A DNA stretch of 64,000 bases from Myxococcales bacterium (GCA_037445065.1 JBBILD010000010.1:64001-128000); one strand, 5' to 3'. Positions 9,028 through 18,657 are shown, numbered from the stretch's first letter. Notes: generated by a model from the letters alone, not told the origin. Numbers and translations: made by a program.

Positions 9028-9950
9028 CCGCCGCCGCTCCCATTCAATGCTTGACGCGCCAGCAGGGCTGCCCCGATCACACCCGCGGAATCGCCTAGGG
9101 CGTGGCGGCAAAGCCGCGTCTCACAACGGTCGCTAAACACGTAGCGGGCCAAAAACTCGCGCCCAGCGCTGTAAAGTTCGTCAATGTTCGACATGCCGCC
9201 GCCCAACACAATGCAGTCCGGGTCAACGATGTTGACCACGTTCGCCAGGGCGCGCCCAAAATGCTGCAAATACTCCTCGAGCGCGCGTTGGGCTGCGGCC
9301 TCTCCGGCACGCGCCGCCACAACCACTTGCGCCGCCGGCTGCCAGCGCCCGCGCACCTCTGCCGCTCGGCGCTCGAAGGCTGGCCCACACAGCAAGGTTT
9401 CTACGCAGCCACGCTGCCCGCAGTAGCATTCGGGGCCATGGTCGAGGACGCGATGGTGCCCCCATTCCCCGGCGATGTGCTGCGCACCCTGCCAGATCTC
9501 GCCCCTCCACACCAAGCCACCTCCGACGCCGGTGCCGAGAATCACTCCGAAGACCAGATCGCAACCACGCCCAGCTCCCAGACACGCTTCGGCCCAGGCA
9601 AACAAGTTGGCGTCGTTTTCCATGGCAACGCGCACACCGAGCAGGCGCTCCAAGTCTTGCCGGAGGGGTTTTCCGTTCAAGCACGTGGTGTTGCAGTTCT
9701 TCATCGTTCCTGTGCGCGCCGATTCCGCCCCCGGCGTTCCAATCCCTACCACGCTCTGCCGCCCCGCTACCTGAACACAGCGCTCGTATACCTCACGCAC
9801 GCGGGCCAGGACATGCTCGTAGCCCAATTGGCGCTGAGTGGCCGTGCGATAGCGGAACACGACTTCGCCGTCTGGGCGAACCACCGCGCCCTCGACTTTG
9901 GTTCCACCCAAATCAATCCCGACCCAAGCTTCCCCGCGTACTTCGCTCAC
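9024..9950 (-). CDS. ROK family sugar kinase (fructokinase/Mak-like)
   Basis: Motifs GIDLGGTK, ENDAN, ILGTGVGGG, AGEWGH, CYCGQRGCVE and LGGGMSN. GTG 9950 follows GGAG; 9974 is an alternative start. Confidence 0.9.
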   Translation of the reverse strand: MSEVRGEAWVGIDLGGTKVEGAVVRPDGEVVFRYRTATQRQLGYEHVLARVREVYERCVQVAGRQSVVGIGTPGAESARTGTMKNCNTTCLNGKPLRQDLERLLGVRVAMENDANLFAWAEACLGAGRGCDLVFGVILGTGVGGGLVWRGEIWQGAQHIAGEWGHHRVLDHGPECYCGQRGCVETLLCGPAFERRAAEVRGRWQPAAQVVVAARAGEAAAQRALEEYLQHFGRALANVVNIVDPDCIVLGGGMSNIDELYSAGREFLARYVFSDRCETRLCRHALGDSAGVIGAALLARQALNGSGGG

Positions 9951-9995
9951 CGCTTTCGCTCCACGAACCGGCACCTGTACCCGGAGCGGGTAAAC

Positions 9996-11288
9996 TCAAG
10001 GACTGGCGCCGTCCAACCCCAAGGCACGCAGCGCTTGCTCCCGACGGGCAGGCAGGAACTCCGGAGGCCACAGCCCCTCGTAAGGCTGAAAGCCCTTGAG
10101 CACTTGCCGCGCCACGGTCACCTTGTGCACCTCTGTGGGGCCATCGGCCACCGCCAACGCTGCCGCCGCAACCCACCACTGCATCAGCGGCAGTTCGTTC
10201 GAACACCCCAGAGCACCGTGCAAGTGGATCGCCCGGCGCACGACGTCATGCAGCACTTCGGCCATTTGTGCCTTCACGGCCGCAATGTACAAGCGCGCCG
10301 CATCGCGCAGCCCCTGGTCAATTTGCCAGGCCGTGAACAACACGAGCAGGCGAAACTGTTCGATCTGCACGAAGGAGTCCGCGATCATTTGCTGCACCAA
10401 CTGCTTGTTGGCGAGCACTTCTCCCTGAGTGCGGCGGCTCAGCGCCCTGTGACACATCATTTCCAGCGCTCGTTTCACCAGCCCGACCGTGCGCATCGCG
10501 TGGTGGATGCGCCCCCCTCCGAGCCGGGTCTGCGCAATGATGAAGCCCTGGCCCTCGCCGCCGAGCAAGTTCTCCTCCGGAAGCCGGCAATTCTCGAAGC
10601 GCACCAAGCAGTGGTGGCCTTGGCCGAGCGGTTCGGTTCCCAGACCGGCGCGGCGCACGATCTCCATCCCCGCCGTGCCGCGCGGGACCAGGAACATGGA
10701 CGATCCCTGGTGCACAGGCCGCTCAGGATTCGTAATCGCCATGACGATCAGGAACTCGGCCAAGTCGGCGTGCGAGGCAAAGTACTTTTCTCCCTGCAAC
10801 ACCCACTCGTGGCCATCCCGGCGAGCACGGCAGCAAAACTCGCGCGGATCGCTGCCCCCTTGTGGCTCGGTCATGGCGAAGCAAGACACGATCTCTCCAG
10901 CCAACAGCGGCTCCAAGTAACGCTTTTTCTGTTCCTCCGTTCCGTACACGGCCAGGATCTCCGCGTTCCCCGAGTCAGGCGCCTGGCAGCCAAAAATCGC
11001 CGGGGCCCATTGCGAGCGGCCGAGGATCTCGTTCATGAGCGCCAATTTCACCTGCCCGTAACCGGGCCCGCCCAGTTCGGGTCCGAGGTGGCACGCCCAT
11101 AACCCCTGTCTGCGCACTTCCTGCTTGAGCGGCTCCGTCAAGCGCCTCAGCAACGGGTCCCTTCGATCGTACGGTGCGGCGGGGTCCGGAAACGCCACGT
11201 CCAGTGGCTCTACCTTGCTGCGCACGAACTCATCCATCCACTCGAGCTTTCGCTGAAATTCCGCTTCGGTCGAAAAGTCCCACGCCAT
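9996..11288 (-). CDS. Acyl-CoA dehydrogenase (ACAD10/11-like group)
   Basis: Motifs GCQAPDSGNAEIL, FAMTEPQGGSD, AQTRLGGGRIHHAMR and ADGPTEVH. Confidence 0.92.
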   Translation of the reverse strand: MAWDFSTEAEFQRKLEWMDEFVRSKVEPLDVAFPDPAAPYDRRDPLLRRLTEPLKQEVRRQGLWACHLGPELGGPGYGQVKLALMNEILGRSQWAPAIFGCQAPDSGNAEILAVYGTEEQKKRYLEPLLAGEIVSCFAMTEPQGGSDPREFCCRARRDGHEWVLQGEKYFASHADLAEFLIVMAITNPERPVHQGSSMFLVPRGTAGMEIVRRAGLGTEPLGQGHHCLVRFENCRLPEENLLGGEGQGFIIAQTRLGGGRIHHAMRTVGLVKRALEMMCHRALSRRTQGEVLANKQLVQQMIADSFVQIEQFRLLVLFTAWQIDQGLRDAARLYIAAVKAQMAEVLHDVVRRAIHLHGALGCSNELPLMQWWVAAAALAVADGPTEVHKVTVARQVLKGFQPYEGLWPPEFLPARREQALRALGLDGASP

Positions 11289-11384
11289 GGCTCTCTCGCT
11301 CCTTCCGATCCCTCATCCGCAAGCTGCATACCCGAGGCGCAGACGTACGCTCAAGCACGCCAAGCCAGTGTACGGGTGCCGCCG

Positions 11385-11423
11385 AAAACAAAAAGGCCAG
11401 CCTCCCGGAGGAAGCTGGCCTTT
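11385..11423 (-). terminator. Rho-independent terminator downstream of the Cys-rich secreted gene
   Basis: The minus strand reads AAAGGCCAGCTTCC-TCCG-GGAGGCTGGCC followed by TTTTTGTTTT, about 30 nt after the stop at 11453. Confidence 0.8.
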
Positions 11424-11452
11424 CCACTACCGGCTGCCACTGCAAGGGATCG

Positions 11453-11944
11453 TTACGGGGCCGGCACGCTAAGGACTAAGCCGTCACAGTGGGGCAAGTT
11501 TCCAATCCGCGCCTCGGCTGCGTCGAGAACCGCAGCGCAGCGATCCGCGCAGCCATCCACGTCGAAGGAATCCCTCGATTGGGCGAGGCGATCGCACCGT
11601 TCCTCACATTTCGCAGCGCGCAGTCGCGCCTTGACGATTTGCGCCATACACCGAGTCGGGTCACTCACCGACGGGCTGGCAGTCCCGGTACAGATCGGGC
11701 GAGCGGAGATCGCCAAGATGCGGGCGTCAAAACGGTCTTGGCACTGCGACTGGCACGAGGCCAGCGTAGCCGGATCCGTTGTCCCGTTTTCGCAACGGGA
11801 AGAGCACTGGTAGAAGCGGGCCTGCGCCTGGAGTTTGGCCCGGTAACAGGGCAGCGGGTCCGGCGCCGCGCTGGCAGCGGAGGTAAGCAGCAGGGACAAA
11901 GCCGCGATGGTGGTTAGGGTCAGCGTTCGGTTGATCGGTTCCAT
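11453..11944 (-). CDS. Secreted cysteine-rich protein with two internal 6-Cys repeats (unknown function)
   Basis: AAGGAG ribosome-binding site, signal peptide ending ASA-A, 12 Cys in two similarly spaced blocks, and its own terminator. Confidence 0.8.
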   Translation of the reverse strand: MEPINRTLTLTTIAALSLLLTSAASAAPDPLPCYRAKLQAQARFYQCSSRCENGTTDPATLASCQSQCQDRFDARILAISARPICTGTASPSVSDPTRCMAQIVKARLRAAKCEERCDRLAQSRDSFDVDGCADRCAAVLDAAEARIGNLPHCDGLVLSVPAP

Positions 11945-12024
11945 GGTCTTCTCCTTTTCGAGGGTTTCGGGTTGCGAAGTCTTCGATCTTGTCGGCCGGC
12001 ATCAGATCGCTTGGCAGAAACCGA

Positions 12025-12042
12025 AACCAAGTACCGTGCCAA
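12025..12042 (-). promoter_or_regulatory. Putative sigma54 (-24/-12) promoter for the Cys-rich gene
   Basis: The minus strand reads TTGGCACGGTACTTGGTT: an exact TGGCACG -24 box with correct GG-N10 spacing, but TTGG rather than TTGC at -12. It is divergent from a sigma54 activator gene. Confidence 0.6.
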
Positions 12043-12195
12043 CGACTTTCTTCGCACTGGCCACAGGGTTCGGCCCGGGCAGGCGGGCCCACTCGTCCGC
12101 TTGCCCGGACAAGCGGCTGATTTTCCAGAATCGTTCCTCAAAAAAACTCCTACATCGGCTTTCGCTCCAGCGCCAGGAAGCGTAGGCTGCATGGT

Positions 12196-13740
12196 ATGAT
12201 TTTCCGAGGGGCAGCGACCGCCGCTCCGGAACGACTCGAGCAGGAACGCGACTTTTACCGGCACTTGCTCGAGCACAGCCCGGAGCAAGAACCCACTTCC
12301 TTCTTTCAGGACAGCCTCGCCTTTCTGACCGAACTCACAGGTGCAGCCCACGGCTACCTCGAACTGTTTCCGGCGGACACGGCGCACCCGGCTCACCCAT
12401 GGTTCGCTGCTCGTGGGTTGTCGGGAGGAGCCTTGGAGCAAGTGCGGGAGATCGTCTCGCGTGGCATTGTGGCGCAGGCGATTTCTTCCGGGTCCACGAT
12501 TGTCACCCCTGCCGCCTTCTTGGACCCGCGTTTCAACTCCTTTGCCAGCGTGGCGCAGCACCGAATGGGTGCTGTCCTGTGCACCCCAATTGGAAACGAC
12601 CCGCCGCTCGGCGTCCTCTATCTGTACGGCCACAGCAAGCCTGCAGGCTTTTGCGAACCAGACGTTGCTTTGGCGGAGCTGCTCGCCCGCCATTTAGTTC
12701 CGGTTGCAGAGCGACTGTTGGCCAAAGGCGCGACTCCAACCGAAGACAGCACGCGTGAGGTCCGCGCGCGGCTCAAGGCAAGCGGCATCGTAGGGCGGAG
12801 TGCAGCGCTCGGGCGGGTGCTCGAGCAAGTGGCAATGGTGGCAGGACTCGACGTGAGCGTCTTGTTCACCGGCGAGTCGGGTACAGGCAAGAGCCAAATG
12901 GCCCGCCTGCTGCACGACAACAGCCATCGCAGTCCCTTCCCGTTCGTCGAACTCAACTGCGCCGCACTGCCCGACACCCTGCTCGAAAGCGAGTTATTCG
13001 GTGCCGCTGCTGGCGCCCATTCGACTGCCGACCGTGCCTACGAAGGCAAGGTACAAGCGGCAGAGCGCGGCACGTTGCTGCTCGACGAAGTGGGAGAACT
13101 CTCCCTCCCGGCGCAAGCCAAGCTCTTACAGCTCCTCGACACACGCGAGTACTTCCCGCTGGGGAGTAACAAGCGGCGCAAGGCGGACGTGCGCATCGTC
13201 GCTGCCACCAACTGCGACCTGCGCTCGGCGGTCAAAGAGCACCGCTTTCGCGAGGATCTATTCTATCGACTGAACGTCCTCTCGATCGCCTTGCCCTCGC
13301 TTGCTGAGCGGCGGGACGACATTGCCGAGCTCGCCGAGGCCTTTTGCCGCAACGCATGCGTGCGTCATTCTTTGCCCGAGCTTCGCTTGTCGCGCAATGC
13401 GCTGCGCGCGCTCGAAGCCGCCGAGTGGCCCGGCAACGTGCGCCAGCTCCTGCACGTGGTAGAAGTCGGCACGATTCGCGCAGGGAGCGAAGGCGTGCAC
13501 CAGGCAGAGGTCAGACACCTCTTCCCCGAATCCGACGAGGGCACGGAAGGGAGGACTCCGGCCCCGGAATCCAACCTCACTTTCCAAGCGGCCACGCGCC
13601 GCTTCCAGGCTCAATTCATCCGTACCGTCCTCGAAGAAACGAATTGGAACGTGCCCGAGGCTGCTCGCCGCCTCGATATGGCCCGCTCGCACTTGTATTC
13701 GCTGATCCGCGCATTCGGCCTGGGGCGGCCTCAGTCCTGA
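12196..13740 (+). CDS. Sigma54-dependent enhancer-binding protein (GAF-AAA+-Fis HTH)
   Basis: GAF region (SRGIV...LDPRF..FASV...AVLCTP), Walker A GESGTGKS, ELNCAA, ESELFG-AAA-GAHSTA, LLLDEVGEL, FREDLFYRL, WPGNVRQL, and C-terminal HTH WNVPEAARRL. Confidence 0.93.
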   Translation: MIFRGAATAAPERLEQERDFYRHLLEHSPEQEPTSFFQDSLAFLTELTGAAHGYLELFPADTAHPAHPWFAARGLSGGALEQVREIVSRGIVAQAISSGSTIVTPAAFLDPRFNSFASVAQHRMGAVLCTPIGNDPPLGVLYLYGHSKPAGFCEPDVALAELLARHLVPVAERLLAKGATPTEDSTREVRARLKASGIVGRSAALGRVLEQVAMVAGLDVSVLFTGESGTGKSQMARLLHDNSHRSPFPFVELNCAALPDTLLESELFGAAAGAHSTADRAYEGKVQAAERGTLLLDEVGELSLPAQAKLLQLLDTREYFPLGSNKRRKADVRIVAATNCDLRSAVKEHRFREDLFYRLNVLSIALPSLAERRDDIAELAEAFCRNACVRHSLPELRLSRNALRALEAAEWPGNVRQLLHVVEVGTIRAGSEGVHQAEVRHLFPESDEGTEGRTPAPESNLTFQAATRRFQAQFIRTVLEETNWNVPEAARRLDMARSHLYSLIRAFGLGRPQS

Positions 13741-13774
13741 GTGACCCCACAGCTTCCGAAAAACACCCGCTCTC

Positions 13775-16700
13775 ATGTTCCCCGACCACCCCCGCTTCCG
13801 GCAACTCTCCTTTTTGGGGGGCGGCAGCTTCGGGGTCGTGTTCCGAGCGTACGACGAGGAACTCGCGCTGGAGGTTGCGTTGAAAACCCTCATCGAGGCG
13901 AACGATGCCGACTTCTACGTCCTCAAACGCGAGTTTCGCCTCGTGGCTGACGTTCGCCACCAGAACCTGATCGAGTTGTTCGAGCTGTTCGTTTCTACAT
14001 CCGGGCAACCGTTTTTCACCATGGAGTTCGTCTCCGGACTGCCTTTCAACCAAGCTGTGCAATGGCGCCGACGGGAGCGGCCCCCGGTTGCAGCGGATGG
14101 CAACGCTGGCCCCGAAGAAGCTGTTGTCAATCGCATTCACCAGCTGATTGCCGCCGTGCACTGCCTGCATGTGGCCGGAGTGATGCACTGCGATATCAAG
14201 CCTTCGAACGTGCTCGTGCAGGACACGGGCCGGGTGGTGGTGCTCGATTTTGGACTCGCCAAGCGCATCGTTCCGGTTAATCCATTGCTGCGCGTGAGCA
14301 CCGGAGGAACGTGGGCCTACATGGCTCCCGAACTGGCCCTTGGCGAAACCGCTACGGAAGTGACCGACTGGTACAGCGTGGCTGCCCTCGTGTACGAGAC
14401 CGTCACCGGCGTCCCCCCGTTTCGCGGCGCTCCGTTCGAAATGCTGCAACAAAAGAGGCAGTGGGCCGCCAAGAAGTCCCTTTCTCCCGCCCTACCAATC
14501 CCAAAGCTGATGTGGGAGATGGTGCTCGCTGGCCTCGACCCTGACCCCAGGCTGCGCCCGGAGGAAGAAGACTGGGCAGAACTCATCGGTGCGCACGCGG
14601 CACCTGCCGAGCCTCGGGCTCCTGTTCTGCAAACCCGGAACGTGTTCGTGGGGCGGGATGAGGAGCGAGCCAAACTCGACGCGGCGTTCTGGCGAGTTCT
14701 CCAAGGCTACCCGGCAACCGTGCACGTAACGGGGCCGGCAGGCATTGGGAAGACACAGCTGATCGAGCACTTTTTGGAGAGTTTACCGAACCGCCACACC
14801 GCCTGCGTTTTGCACGGCCGCTGCAACCCCGCCGAGGCGGTGCCCTTCAATGCCTTCGACGGAATCGCGGACGAGCTGGCTGCGGTCCTGACCGAGCTTC
14901 CCGGCGAACAGCGCCCGCAACTTTCGCCCGATCAATGGAAGGACCTCGTTACTCTCTTCCCGGTGCTGCGCGCCCTGTCATCGCAAGACGCCGCTCGCGC
15001 GGATCCCACCCCCTCGCGCCGTCCCATCGAAGAACGCCGGAGTGGCTTTGCCGCATTCCGAGCCTTGCTGGATCGCCTTTCTCGCCTCATGCCGGTGGTG
15101 GTGTGGATCGAAGACCTGCACTGGGCGGACGCAGATAGCCACGTGCTGCTCCACGCGGTGCTGCGGGGTGTCCACCAACCCTCCTTGCTGCTGATCCTGA
15201 GCTACCGGAAGGAGTCAGACTCCATCGGCTTGCTTTCCGAACCGGGGACCGCCACGCCTGGCGCCCAACCTGCCTGGGAGGAGCGGATTTCTCTCGAGCC
15301 GTTGCCTCCCGCCCAAGCGCGGCTGCTCGCCGAGCACTACCAGCGTACAGCGAATGCGTGCGCGACAACGGATCTCGAGCCTCTCCTCTACGAGGCGGGA
15401 GGGTCGCCCCTGCTCATCGTACAACTGCTGGCTCATGCCCGCGCAGGCGGCGCGGGGCGTTCCTCATCCGCATCGCCCTCGCTGGGGCGGATCCTCACAG
15501 AACGGCTGCGTGCACTACCCCTGCCCGGACGGCTGATGGTGGAGGCAGCCGTGGTGGCTGGCCACCCAGTGCCAAAGCAAGCCCTCATCGAGGCTGGAGG
15601 CATCGGTGAAAAGGGCCGGCTCGCACTGCGCCAAGCCGAGATCGGAAGGCAGCTGCGCATGCTCCCGGGTCGCGGCGACACCGAAGTGGACGTGTTTCAC
15701 CAGCGGGTCGGCGAAGCTTTGCTCGTTTCGATTCCTGCGCCAACCCGCGCCGCACACCATTCGTTTTGGCTGCGCTGCGCTTTAATCCAAGGGGAGCAAG
15801 ACCCCGAACGCGTCTTGCTCCATGCTCTCGGTGCGGGCGAAACCCGCACCGCCGCAGAGTGGGCGGCTCGGGCAGCCCAACGGGCGGAGGGCAACCTGGC
15901 CTTTGCGCACGCAGCCGACCTCTATGGGCAAGCTCTTACCCTGGCAACGTGGCCACCCGCGCAGGCGCTCGAACTCGAGCAGCGGCGAGCAGAAGCCTTG
16001 GTATCCGCGGGCCGCGGGGCAGAAGCAGCGCCGTTGTTTGCGGCCGTCTCCACCCACGCCCAGGGCAAGGAACGGGATGTGTTCTTGCAGCGGGCCGCAG
16101 AGCAGTACCTCGTCAGCGGGCTTTTGGGTGAAGGAACCGCGGTCCTGCGCGAGGTGCTGCGCAACGCCAAACTCCCCTACCCGCGTAGTGGTACGGCAGC
16201 CTCGCTTCGCGTCCTCGGGCGGATCGTCCGCTCGTACTGGAAGCCGCGCCTGGGGTGGGGTCCACGGCGCGCTGGGGCAAACCGCTGGCGGGTGCAACTC
16301 GAGGCGGCGGAGTCTGCAGCCAAAGGCCTCGCCTTTGTAGATCCCCTGCGCGGTCAGTACTTCGCGCTGCGCCGCCTCGCCGCCGCTAAGGCGCTGGGGG
16401 ACCAGGAGCAACTCGCTCTTGCCCTCTGTACCACGGGCGCCACGTTGTTGCCCATTCGCGGTCCGTTTTCCCGCTGGGCGCGCCGCCTGATCGCCGAAGG
16501 TTGCAGCTTAGCCGAGTCGCAGGCAAGTCCATACGTGCGCGCAACGGTTTGCCAAACTCTCGCGCAAGTATCCATGCTCGAATGCCGCTGGAACGAGATG
16601 TCCACTCTGTGCGAAGAGGCCCTTGGCCTTTTGCAGCGTCACTGCCCGCGCCAACGCTGGGAAGTCGCCGTCGCTACGATGGCCAAGCTCCGCGCAGAGG

Positions 16701-17458
16701 ATGAACTCGGTCGCATCGAAGCCTTGCGCCGCGATGCCTGGGAATGGCTCGAGCAGGCCAGCGCGCTCGGTGACCGCTACTCCGCTTGCGTCGCCTGGGA
16801 GTACTTCGGTTGGGCCTGCCTGCTGTTCGGTGACACTGCCACCGCGCGGCACGCCGTGCAGCGAGTGGAGGCACTTTGGATCCCAGCGGGGTTTCAGATG
16901 CAACATTTCTACGCCGCCCGACTGAGTGCCTATGCCGAGCTGGTGGACGGGCGTCCCGAAGCTGCCTGGGAACGAGCACAGGTGCTTTGGCAGAACGCTC
17001 GCGCGCATGGCCTACTCCGCCACGTCCTCCTCGGCCTCGATGCCGATCTGTTGCTCTTGCGCACCTGGGCCGCCCACGGGGCAGCCTTGGGTCACGGCAC
17101 CACCCGCCCGCCGCGCTGGCTTGCGCGGCGCGCCGCCGCTTTGCGCAAGAGCCCGCGCGCCGACGCTCGCGGCTATACCGCACTGGTCGAAGCCGGCAGT
17201 GCGGCCCTGCGGGGGAATGCAGAGGTCGCACGTGCGCAGTTGGCCGAGGCCGCCACCTGTTTCGAGGCGGCTCAAATGAGCTTGGCCCACCGCCTCGCCA
17301 CCTACCTGATCGGACCAAATGAGGTCACGGGACTGGCGCAACGCCCGCTTTGCACGGCCAGCACCGAGCAAACCAGCGCAAACCGACCCGATCTGCGGCT
17401 TCTCACACGCGTCTTCGCGCCCGGATTCGTTCGTGCCCCCCACTTTGACCGAGCCTGA
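13775..17458 (+). CDS. Hanks-type Ser/Thr kinase fused to an AAA/STAND ATPase and a helical TPR-like C-terminus
   Basis: Kinase motifs LGGGSFGVV, VALK, HCDIKPSN, DFG, GTWAYMAPE and DWYS. ATPase motifs FVGRDEE, GPAGIGKT, VVVWIEDLHWAD and GGSPL. Ala-rich helical tail. Confidence 0.9.
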   Translation: MFPDHPRFRQLSFLGGGSFGVVFRAYDEELALEVALKTLIEANDADFYVLKREFRLVADVRHQNLIELFELFVSTSGQPFFTMEFVSGLPFNQAVQWRRRERPPVAADGNAGPEEAVVNRIHQLIAAVHCLHVAGVMHCDIKPSNVLVQDTGRVVVLDFGLAKRIVPVNPLLRVSTGGTWAYMAPELALGETATEVTDWYSVAALVYETVTGVPPFRGAPFEMLQQKRQWAAKKSLSPALPIPKLMWEMVLAGLDPDPRLRPEEEDWAELIGAHAAPAEPRAPVLQTRNVFVGRDEERAKLDAAFWRVLQGYPATVHVTGPAGIGKTQLIEHFLESLPNRHTACVLHGRCNPAEAVPFNAFDGIADELAAVLTELPGEQRPQLSPDQWKDLVTLFPVLRALSSQDAARADPTPSRRPIEERRSGFAAFRALLDRLSRLMPVVVWIEDLHWADADSHVLLHAVLRGVHQPSLLLILSYRKESDSIGLLSEPGTATPGAQPAWEERISLEPLPPAQARLLAEHYQRTANACATTDLEPLLYEAGGSPLLIVQLLAHARAGGAGRSSSASPSLGRILTERLRALPLPGRLMVEAAVVAGHPVPKQALIEAGGIGEKGRLALRQAEIGRQLRMLPGRGDTEVDVFHQRVGEALLVSIPAPTRAAHHSFWLRCALIQGEQDPERVLLHALGAGETRTAAEWAARAAQRAEGNLAFAHAADLYGQALTLATWPPAQALELEQRRAEALVSAGRGAEAAPLFAAVSTHAQGKERDVFLQRAAEQYLVSGLLGEGTAVLREVLRNAKLPYPRSGTAASLRVLGRIVRSYWKPRLGWGPRRAGANRWRVQLEAAESAAKGLAFVDPLRGQYFALRRLAAAKALGDQEQLALALCTTGATLLPIRGPFSRWARRLIAEGCSLAESQASPYVRATVCQTLAQVSMLECRWNEMSTLCEEALGLLQRHCPRQRWEVAVATMAKLRAEDELGRIEALRRDAWEWLEQASALGDRYSACVAWEYFGWACLLFGDTATARHAVQRVEALWIPAGFQMQHFYAARLSAYAELVDGRPEAAWERAQVLWQNARAHGLLRHVLLGLDADLLLLRTWAAHGAALGHGTTRPPRWLARRAAALRKSPRADARGYTALVEAGSAALRGNAEVARAQLAEAATCFEAAQMSLAHRLATYLIGPNEVTGLAQRPLCTASTEQTSANRPDLRLLTRVFAPGFVRAPHFDRA

Positions 17459-17502
17459 AGCTTCGGTACAAGGGCGCGGCAAACCGAGTCGAGGGTACGA
17501 AC

Positions 17503-18657
17503 ATGTACGAGCCAGGAGAGGACATTTACGGCAGTCCGGAGCACCGCGCGTTTCGCGACACGGTGCGGCGCTTCGTGCAAACCGAACTCGTGCCGCGAGC
17601 CCGCGAGTTCGACAAAATGGGCCGCATCGACAAGTCGCTCTACCGCAAGATGGGGCAGCTGGGCTTGCTCGGTATCCGCTACGACCCCAAGTACGGTGGC
17701 CTCGGGCTGGACTACTCCTACCACGCCATTTTTCTCGAAGAGATCGCCCTGTGCGACAATGCCGGCGTGGCCATGGGCATCTCGGTGCAAACCGACATGG
17801 CCACCCCCGCCTTGCATCGTTTCGGCAGCGAAGAACTCAAGCAGAAGTACCTGGTGCCTGCGATTCGCGGCGAAATGGTGGCGGCGATCGCGGTGACCGA
17901 ACCTGGAGCCGGCTCCGACGTGGCGCGCATTCAGACCCGCGCCGTGCGTGACGGCGATTACTGGGTGATCAACGGCTCGAAAATGTACATTACCAACGCG
18001 GCAACGGCGGACTGGCTGTGCTTGCTTGCGGTCACCGATCCGGAAGCTGGGTACAACGGCTTCACCCAAATCATCGTACCCACCGATACGCCGGGGTTCA
18101 GCTACAAGCTACTCGACAAAATCGGCAACATTGGCTCGGACACTGGGCTCTTGTTCTTCGACGATGTGCGCGTGCCGATCACCAACACCATTGGCGACCC
18201 CAGCCGCGGCTTCCAGCAACAAATGATGCAGTTTCAAGATGAACGCATGGTGCCGGTGGTCATGTCGCCGGTGCAGGCGCGGCAACTGTGGGAGATCACA
18301 CTCAAACACTGCCAGGAGCGGGTGGTGTTCGGAAAACCCTTGTCCAAGCATCAGGTAAACCAGCACCGCTTCGTGGACATGCTGATCCAAATCACCGCGG
18401 CGCAGGAGTTGGCTTACCGCTGCATCCGCCTCATGCAAAGCGGTGTGGACGCGACCAAGGAAATCTCCATGGCCAAGGTCTTCAACTCGAACATGCTGCA
18501 GTACGTAGCGACCACCTGCCTGCAACTCTTCGGGGGCGCCGGGTACTGCTGGGAGAATCCTGCCGCTCGCGCTTTCGTAGATTCACGCCTGCTGACCATT
18601 GGCGGCGGCGCGGACGAGGTGATGAAGCAAATCGTCGCCAAGCTGCTGCAAATCTGA
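17503..18657 (+). CDS. Acyl-CoA dehydrogenase (citronellyl-CoA dehydrogenase AtuD-like)
   Basis: Motifs [37 protein letters not shown] and IGGGADEVM; first gene of the carboxylase cluster. Confidence 0.88.
   Translation: MYEPGEDIYGSPEHRAFRDTVRRFVQTELVPRAREFDKMGRIDKSLYRKMGQLGLLGIRYDPKYGGLGLDYSYHAIFLEEIALCDNAGVAMGISVQTDMATPALHRFGSEELKQKYLVPAIRGEMVAAIAVTEPGAGSDVARIQTRAVRDGDYWVINGSKMYITNAATADWLCLLAVTDPEAGYNGFTQIIVPTDTPGFSYKLLDKIGNIGSDTGLLFFDDVRVPITNTIGDPSRGFQQQMMQFQDERMVPVVMSPVQARQLWEITLKHCQERVVFGKPLSKHQVNQHRFVDMLIQITAAQELAYRCIRLMQSGVDATKEISMAKVFNSNMLQYVATTCLQLFGGAGYCWENPAARAFVDSRLLTIGGGADEVMKQIVAKLLQI

Noticed and set aside
9102..11102. 666-aa plus-strand ORF
   Set aside because: It is the antisense shadow of the ROK and acyl-CoA dehydrogenase genes, has no recognisable motifs, and such ORFs are expected in GC-rich DNA.
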